DNA from: Vulcanimicrobiaceae bacterium
Lineage (GTDB): Bacteria; Vulcanimicrobiota; Vulcanimicrobiia; Vulcanimicrobiales; Vulcanimicrobiaceae
Assembly: GCA_046262595.1 (NCBI GenBank)
Contig: JBHEMM010000001.1
Location: forward strand, 21,409-42,115
DNA: 20,707 bases
Reading direction: 5' to 3'
Numbering within the stretch: position 1 is the first letter of the stretch; each line of letters begins with the position of its first letter. The notes below the pieces were generated by a model. That model saw only the letters and a list, made by a program, of their open reading frames with translations, ran no database searches and was not told the origin of the DNA. Position numbers and translations under genes: made by a program. Below are positions 15,978 to 20,707 of this stretch, in pieces.

Positions 15978-16910
15978 ATGCAACATCACTCTTTACCGCT
16001 CGACGGCGTGCTGCTGATCGTCGCGATCGGCGCGTACGTCGTTTCCGCTTTGGCGCTTGCGGTCTATTTCTTCTCGCGCGAAGCATGGCTTAAACATTTT
16101 GGCGCGCCCCTCGCAATCGTCGGCTGCCTGGCGCAGTTCGCCCAGCTGATTGTGCGCTTCGAGCTCACGCATATCTGGCCGCTGCTCAATCTGTACGGTT
16201 CGCTCTCGCTCTTCGCAGCGGTATCCGTTGCGATCTTCATCGTTTTCGCGTTCCGCTACGACATGTGGTTTGCGGGCGGCATCGTTGTGGGTCTTGCCGC
16301 GTTGTTCTTGGCGTACGGCGCGACGTGGTACGAAGGCACGATGCCGGCAGTTCCGTCGCTGCAGTCCTACTGGGCAAAGATCCACGTTCCGCTCGTCGTA
16401 TCCTCGTACTCCGCGTTCATGGTCGCCTTCGCGCTGAGCGTCGTGTATTTGATCAAGTATTACTTTGAATCTTCGCTTGCGGCGGCTCCCGCAGCCGCCG
16501 GCGCCGGCGGTGCAACGCTCGGCGTGCGCTTCGATACGCCCAATATCGCCGCCGCGGCGGGCGGCGGAAACCGCACGGCGCTTTGGCTCAACACCCTTCC
16601 GAGCCTCGCACAGTTGGATATTCTCATCTATCGCGTCGTAGCGGTCGGCTTGCCGCTCCTCACGCTGGGCGTTATCACGGGTGCGATGTGGGCGCATGAA
16701 GCATGGGGCGCCTACTGGCAGTGGGATCCCAAGGAGACCGCCGCGCTCTTCTCCTGGATTGTCTACGCAATCTACATGCACTTGCACACGCGCAAGGAGT
16801 TTCGCGGGGTAAACAGCGCGTGGATCGCGGCCGCGGGATTTTTGAGTATCATGTTCTGCTACTTCGGCGTGAACTTGTGGATCAGCGGCCTGCACAGTTA
16901 TAAAATGTAA
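15978..16910 (+). CDS. ccsA: Cytochrome c biogenesis heme lyase CcsA/ResC (system II; ~310 aa)
   Basis: P.LQSYWAKIHV, WWD motif GAMWA.EAWGAYWQWDPKET, Y..Y.H, GVNL..SGLHSY. Confidence 0.95.
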   Translation: MQHHSLPLDGVLLIVAIGAYVVSALALAVYFFSREAWLKHFGAPLAIVGCLAQFAQLIVRFELTHIWPLLNLYGSLSLFAAVSVAIFIVFAFRYDMWFAGGIVVGLAALFLAYGATWYEGTMPAVPSLQSYWAKIHVPLVVSSYSAFMVAFALSVVYLIKYYFESSLAAAPAAAGAGGATLGVRFDTPNIAAAAGGGNRTALWLNTLPSLAQLDILIYRVVAVGLPLLTLGVITGAMWAHEAWGAYWQWDPKETAALFSWIVYAIYMHLHTRKEFRGVNSAWIAAAGFLSIMFCYFGVNLWISGLHSYKM

Positions 16911-16938
16911 GGCAAATCAGAGTTCGGACGCTTGCCAT

Positions 16939-16960
16939 GAGTTGCGCCGGCACTGGGTAC
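16939..16960 (+). promoter_or_regulatory. Possible SigB/SigF-type (general stress) promoter
   Basis: GGGTAC at 16955-16960, 12 nt before ATG 16973, with GAGTT at 16939-16943. The -35 match and spacing are imperfect. Confidence 0.3.
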
Positions 16961-16972
16961 GTGTAGCGCATT

Positions 16973-17188
16973 ATGGAACGCAACGATGAGACGCAGACGC
17001 GCTCGCAGCGCATGCAACCGGAAACCGGCGAGCTTGACGCGGACGCGGTAGGCGGACGCGCGGGCGATGAGACCGCCGAACTGGACGACGAAGACGAAGA
17101 CGAAGACGAAGACGAAGAGGAAGACGAGGAGTCCGAAGGCGACGGTTCGCCGGGACTCGCCAACGAAGCGGACAGCGGCACGGACTAA
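16973..17188 (+). CDS. Small, highly acidic hypothetical protein (71 aa)
   Basis: About 31 of 71 residues are D/E, including a 16-residue acidic run. GC-rich third codon positions. Fills the gap after ccsA. Confidence 0.68.
   Translation: MERNDETQTRSQRMQPETGELDADAVGGRAGDETAELDDEDEDEDEDEEEDEESEGDGSPGLANEADSGTD
17087..17116 (+). repeat. (GACGAA)5 in-frame tandem repeat encoding (DE)5
   Basis: Five perfect hexamer copies read directly from the sequence. Confidence 0.9.
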
Positions 17189-17193
17189 CGGAC

Positions 17194-17328
17194 ATGCATG
17201 ACAACGAGCTTCGTGACCCCGACAAGAACGCGCGGGGCAATCAAACGGACCCCGCAGCCGACGAAGAACGCGAAGCAGCGCAGCCGGACGGCGAAGAAAG
17301 CCGTTCGGAACTGGGCGCCGGAGAGTAA
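17194..17328 (+). CDS. Acidic microprotein (44 aa), absent from the ORF track
   Basis: Manual translation: MHDNELRDPDKNARGNQTDPAADEEREAAQPDGEESRSELGAGE*. It starts 5 nt after the previous stop, has 14 D/E, and its TAA lies in the loop of the terminator hairpin. Confidence 0.6.
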   Translation: MHDNELRDPDKNARGNQTDPAADEEREAAQPDGEESRSELGAGE

Positions 17329-17347
17329 CTCCGGCGCTTTTTCTTTT
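17315..17347 (+). terminator. Rho-independent terminator
   Basis: Perfect 9-bp stem GCGCCGGAG (17315-17323) / CTCCGGCGC (17329-17337), loop AGTAA, followed by TTTTTCTTTT. Confidence 0.88.
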
Positions 17348-17402
17348 GCCGCGCCGGCGCCGCTTGCGAGGAAGGTCGGCGCTGCAGGCGAGAGGGCGGA
17401 CG

Positions 17403-17408
17403 TAGAAT
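17403..17408 (+). promoter_or_regulatory. Probable sigma70 -10 element for the Rieske/cytochrome b operon
   Basis: TAGAAT downstream of the terminator and ~50 nt upstream of the Rieske start. No convincing -35. Confidence 0.45.
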
Positions 17409-17456
17409 CGGTGTGAAACACAGGCCTCTTTAAAGCTGCCCACGCGGAGAATGCAT

Positions 17457-18161
17457 TTGTCCAGTCAGGCCCACCGCCCGGGCGCCCAACAACCTGCGCC
17501 GCAGGCGCAGACCGGGCATCCGCCCATCAAAAGCGCCTACGATCAGCCTCAGACCCACGAAGAGATCACCCGCCGCACGTTCATGGCGAACTTTACGCTG
17601 GCGATCGGCGGCGTCATCGGCCTGGGCCTGGCGATCCCCATCGTCGGTTCCCTCGTTCCCGACACGGGTGCGGGCGGTGCGGCGTGGTCGCCGCTGGACG
17701 AGAAAGGCTGGAAAGATCTGCAGACGGCGACCGACAAGCCGGTGCAGATCTCGCTCAACCTGAGCGCGAAAGATGCGTATCTGCCCGAGCAGACGACGGC
17801 CACGACGGTATGGGGCATCAAAGTCAAGGACCCCTCGAAGTTTCAGGCGGCGCGCACGGATCTGTTCGCACCGGGCGGCAAAGACAAACTTCCCTATCAA
17901 ATCGTGACCATGGGCTTCGTCATCTTCAGCCCGATTTGTCCGCACTTGGGCTGCCACTACAACTACGATGCTGCTGCGAATAAATTTGCGTGCCCGTGTC
18001 ACGGTTCCCAGTTCGATCGCGACGGCGCGCACATCGCCGGCCCGGCGGCGCGCGGCTTAGATCCGCTTCCGCTCAAGAATCAGACGGGCAAAGCGCAAGT
18101 GGAGTGGATCCGCTACAAGCCGACGGTTGCCGATCGCATCGTCATCTCGTACACCAGTTAA
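17457..18161 (+). CDS. qcrA: Rieske [2Fe-2S] subunit of a menaquinol:cytochrome c reductase, Tat substrate
   Basis: Twin-arginine motif TRRTFM (17568-17585) followed by a TM helix; CPHLGC and CPCHGS boxes; GPA.R.L. GGAG at 17446-17449 is better spaced for TTG 17457 than for ATG 17451. Confidence 0.93.
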   Translation: MSSQAHRPGAQQPAPQAQTGHPPIKSAYDQPQTHEEITRRTFMANFTLAIGGVIGLGLAIPIVGSLVPDTGAGGAAWSPLDEKGWKDLQTATDKPVQISLNLSAKDAYLPEQTTATTVWGIKVKDPSKFQAARTDLFAPGGKDKLPYQIVTMGFVIFSPICPHLGCHYNYDAAANKFACPCHGSQFDRDGAHIAGPAARGLDPLPLKNQTGKAQVEWIRYKPTVADRIVISYTS

Positions 18162-18176
18162 AGGATTACAGCACCG

Positions 18177-19664
18177 ATGCTAAATTGGCTCGAGCGGCGC
18201 ACCGGCTTTGTAAGCATGACCAAAGGCTTTCTGACCGAGGATATTCCCGGCGGAGCGAGTTACTGGTACGTGTTCGGCAGCGCGACGTTGTTCGCGGTGA
18301 TCCTGCAGATCGTCACCGGCATCTTTCTTACGTTCTTCTACGCGCCTTCGGCGATGACGGCGTGGGAATCGACGCGTTCCATCTATCAGCATCCGCTGCA
18401 GCACGCCGTGCTGAGCATCCACTATTGGGGCGCGTCCGCGATGATCGCGCTGGTCTTCCTGCATATGCTGCAATGCGTCATTTGGGGCGCATATAAATCG
18501 CCGCGCGAGCTGCAGTGGGTGGTCGGCGTTCTTCTCCTGCTCGTAACGATGGTGCTCGGTCTGACGGGTTATCTGCTCCCATGGGACATGGACGCATACT
18601 TCGCATCGCAGGTCGCGATCAACCTCACGCTGACCGTTCCCGTGCTCGGCGGTTTCATCCAGCAGTTTACGCAAGACGGAACGACGATGGGTACGCTGAC
18701 CATCAACCGTTTCTTCGGGCTGCACGTGTGGCTCATGCCTGCCGCACTGCTTGCGCTGGTCGGGGCGCATCTGGCGATCTTCCGCTGGAATGGGCCCGCC
18801 GGTCCGCCCGTCGAGGATCCCCGGCCGCTTAAAAGCGGGCGGTTCTGGCCGGACCAAATGTTCATGGACGGCTTTGCCTCACTCATCGTCTTCATTCTGA
18901 TCCTCGCGCTGGCGTCGTTTGCGCCGCCGTTTTTGGATGCGAAGGCCGACCCCTCGAACGCAACGTTCATTCCGTATCCGGCGTGGTATTTCTTGGATCT
19001 CTTCCAGTTGCTCAACCTGGTTCCGGGCAACTTCGAAGTGATCGGCGCCATCGTGATACCGGGCGTTGCTACGGCGCTCATTCTGCTCTTGCCGTGGATC
19101 GATCGCGCGACGACGCGCACGTTCGGCTCACGCAAACCGATCATGTGGATGGTGGGCGGGGCGCTTGCGGTCATGTGGGGCTTGACGGTTTGGGGCCAAG
19201 TTTCCATCATGGGCAAAGAGGCGCTCGCGCCGCCGAGCGCGCCGGAGTCGCAGATTCTGGCAGCGCAAGAAACGGCGAACATCAATTCGGCGGGCGGCGG
19301 TTCCCAGCCACCGAGCAGCGGCGCTTCCATGACGCCTTCGGCCAAGCGCGGACAAGCGATCTATACGCAAAAGTGTGCGAGCTGCCACGGCACGGCCGGT
19401 GCGGGCGTCCCCGGGGCGTTTCCGCCGCTCGCGGGCAACGATTACGTCACGGGTAACCCCAAAGACGTCATCGCGACGATTCTGAACGGCAAAAACGGCC
19501 CGTTGACCGTTGCGGGTAAGGGCTATAACGGCCAGATGCCGGCGTGGAAATCAATTCTCTCCAATAAAGACGTCGCCGACGTTGCCACCTACATCCGCAG
19601 CTCGCTGGGCTCCAACACGGCCGGTGCGGTCAGCGTTAAAGACGTTAACGCCCTCAAGCAATGA
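18177..19664 (+). CDS. qcrB: Cytochrome b (b6-like + subunit IV-like) fused to a C-terminal class I cytochrome c
   Basis: AAGGA Shine-Dalgarno. Four heme-b His (IHYWGAS...LHM; LHVWLMP...AHL), PRELQW..G, TGYLLPWD, P.WYF Qo motif (PAWY), then linker and CASCH (19374-19388), FPPL and GQMPAW (Met axial ligand). Confidence 0.92.
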   Translation: MLNWLERRTGFVSMTKGFLTEDIPGGASYWYVFGSATLFAVILQIVTGIFLTFFYAPSAMTAWESTRSIYQHPLQHAVLSIHYWGASAMIALVFLHMLQCVIWGAYKSPRELQWVVGVLLLLVTMVLGLTGYLLPWDMDAYFASQVAINLTLTVPVLGGFIQQFTQDGTTMGTLTINRFFGLHVWLMPAALLALVGAHLAIFRWNGPAGPPVEDPRPLKSGRFWPDQMFMDGFASLIVFILILALASFAPPFLDAKADPSNATFIPYPAWYFLDLFQLLNLVPGNFEVIGAIVIPGVATALILLLPWIDRATTRTFGSRKPIMWMVGGALAVMWGLTVWGQVSIMGKEALAPPSAPESQILAAQETANINSAGGGSQPPSSGASMTPSAKRGQAIYTQKCASCHGTAGAGVPGAFPPLAGNDYVTGNPKDVIATILNGKNGPLTVAGKGYNGQMPAWKSILSNKDVADVATYIRSSLGSNTAGAVSVKDVNALKQ

Positions 19665-19674
19665 GCGCCGCAAT

Positions 19675-20707
19675 TCAGGCGGCCCGCCCGCACCGTTTCG
19701 TATAAAGGTACAGCGTGTCTGCCGCCCAGCTGGCGATTGCCGCCGGGCGCAGCTGCGCCTGCGGAAGATAAGCGCCGGTTTTCGCGATGAGAAACGTGCG
19801 GCCCGGCCGGCAAATCGCCGCGCGCCCGGCCGTGCGGCCCTTTAAGATGAAGATGCCGGGACGGGTGTAAAACATCAGCGCGTTGCCGCCGGCGGCGTCG
19901 ATAATCGCCACGCGATCCTGCGGCCCGCGGCGCGCATCGATCGCACGCGCGAGATGCGGAATGGGTTTGAGCGCTTCGGCCTGCGGGAGCATCAGCAATC
20001 CGACGAGCGCCATCGCCGCGATCATGGCTGCGCCCAGAACGTACGGTGCAAGCACGCGCCGCGCTGCATCACGCCACAGCAGCGCGAATGCCGCAACGCT
20101 TCCGGCGAACAGCGCGATCCCCAAATAGCGAAGATCGATCGACATTGCCGAAACCGCACCGGTCAATTTGTTTTGACGCGAGAACAGCGCGATCGCAATG
20201 CCGAGCAAAAGAATGAACGCCGGAACAGCCGCGGTGGAGAGCAGCAGCGACCGGCTGCGCGCCCGGGCGACGGCATCTTTGAAATACAGCGCCGTGAGGA
20301 TCGCGAGCGCCGGCATCTCCAACGCGATGTAATTGGGCAACTTCGTTTTCGCAAAGCTGAAAAACACCAGCGGCACCACGGCCCACACTAAAGCGAGCCG
20401 CAGCAGCCGGGCATCACGCTCGCGCACGCGGCGAAGCGCAAACGCGAGCGCCGCGGGCAGAAAAGCGATCCAGGGAAAAAAGCCCAGAATGAGCGCGGGA
20501 ACGTAGTACCAGAACGGTCCGCTCTGGTTTTCGATCGTTCCGGTGAAACGGCCGATGGTGTAATAGCCGATCAGTTGAGCGACGCTTTGCGAGCCCGCCG
20601 CATGGGCGAGCGCCGCAAACCACGGCAGGACGATGCAGCCGAACAGGAGGACGCCCCCCGCCCACCATTGCCACGAAGCAAAGCGCACGCCGGCGCTGCG
20701 CCGCTCC
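19675..20707 (-). CDS. ArnT/PMT-like (GT83/GT39) membrane glycosyltransferase, 5'-partial
   Basis: LPWF, RF......GPFWYY.P.L..GFFPW and FFSFAKTKLPNYI...PALA are ArnT-family motifs. The frame stays open to the window edge. Confidence 0.85.
   Translation of the reverse strand, partial: ERRSAGVRFASWQWWAGGVLLFGCIVLPWFAALAHAAGSQSVAQLIGYYTIGRFTGTIENQSGPFWYYVPALILGFFPWIAFLPAALAFALRRVRERDARLLRLALVWAVVPLVFFSFAKTKLPNYIALEMPALAILTALYFKDAVARARSRSLLLSTAAVPAFILLLGIAIALFSRQNKLTGAVSAMSIDLRYLGIALFAGSVAAFALLWRDAARRVLAPYVLGAAMIAAMALVGLLMLPQAEALKPIPHLARAIDARRGPQDRVAIIDAAGGNALMFYTRPGIFILKGRTAGRAAICRPGRTFLIAKTGAYLPQAQLRPAAIASWAADTLYLYTKRCGRAA

Noticed and set aside
17087..17130. Short repeats as a CRISPR array or phase-variation tract
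   Set aside because: No spacers or cas genes. The unit is 6 nt and in frame, so slippage would not switch the frame.
16882..17181. Minus-strand poly-Ser, (FV)n and (LR)n ORFs
   Set aside because: They are shadows of the GACGAA repeat. The plus-strand acidic frame fits the gene orientation and the terminator.
17198..17416. 72-aa basic ORF (MTTSFVTP...) in the ORF track
   Set aside because: It runs through the strong intrinsic terminator at 17315-17347. The overlapping 44-aa frame from 17194 has more typical codons and ends at the hairpin.
1..20707. tRNA, rRNA, riboswitch (T-box or SAM before metG) or IS elements
   Set aside because: Intergenic spaces are very short (11 nt before metG). No cloverleaf, riboswitch core, transposase or terminal inverted repeats were recognised.

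Overview
GC-rich bacterial chromosomal window with no rRNA, tRNA, CRISPR or mobile element visible. The Gram-positive-type SOS box, system II cytochrome c maturation and TatA/TatC-only translocase suggest a Terrabacteria-type host such as Eremiobacterota/Vulcanimicrobiota (inference only). Left (1-5946): the 3' end of a DUF192 gene, two tandem paralogous polytopic membrane proteins of probable GT-C glycosyltransferase fold (one apparently degenerate), and, convergently, a GT87/DUF2029-like gene downstream of a compact P-loop + wHTH/BTAD regulator. A perfect CGAAC-N4-GTTCG (LexA/Cheo-type) box lies upstream of that regulator. Middle (6176-11847): rsmI-metG-[membrane diguanylate cyclase]-tatD, then a convergent PLD-superfamily gene whose second HKD motif lacks His. 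Right (11898-19664): a co-oriented respiratory cluster menG - polyprenyl synthase - tatA - tatC - resB - ccsA - two very acidic microproteins with their own terminator - Tat-exported Rieske protein - fused cytochrome b/subunit IV/cytochrome c with a PAWY Qo motif. The window ends in a partial ArnT/PMT-like glycosyltransferase on the minus strand. All family calls come from motif recognition by eye; no searches were run.
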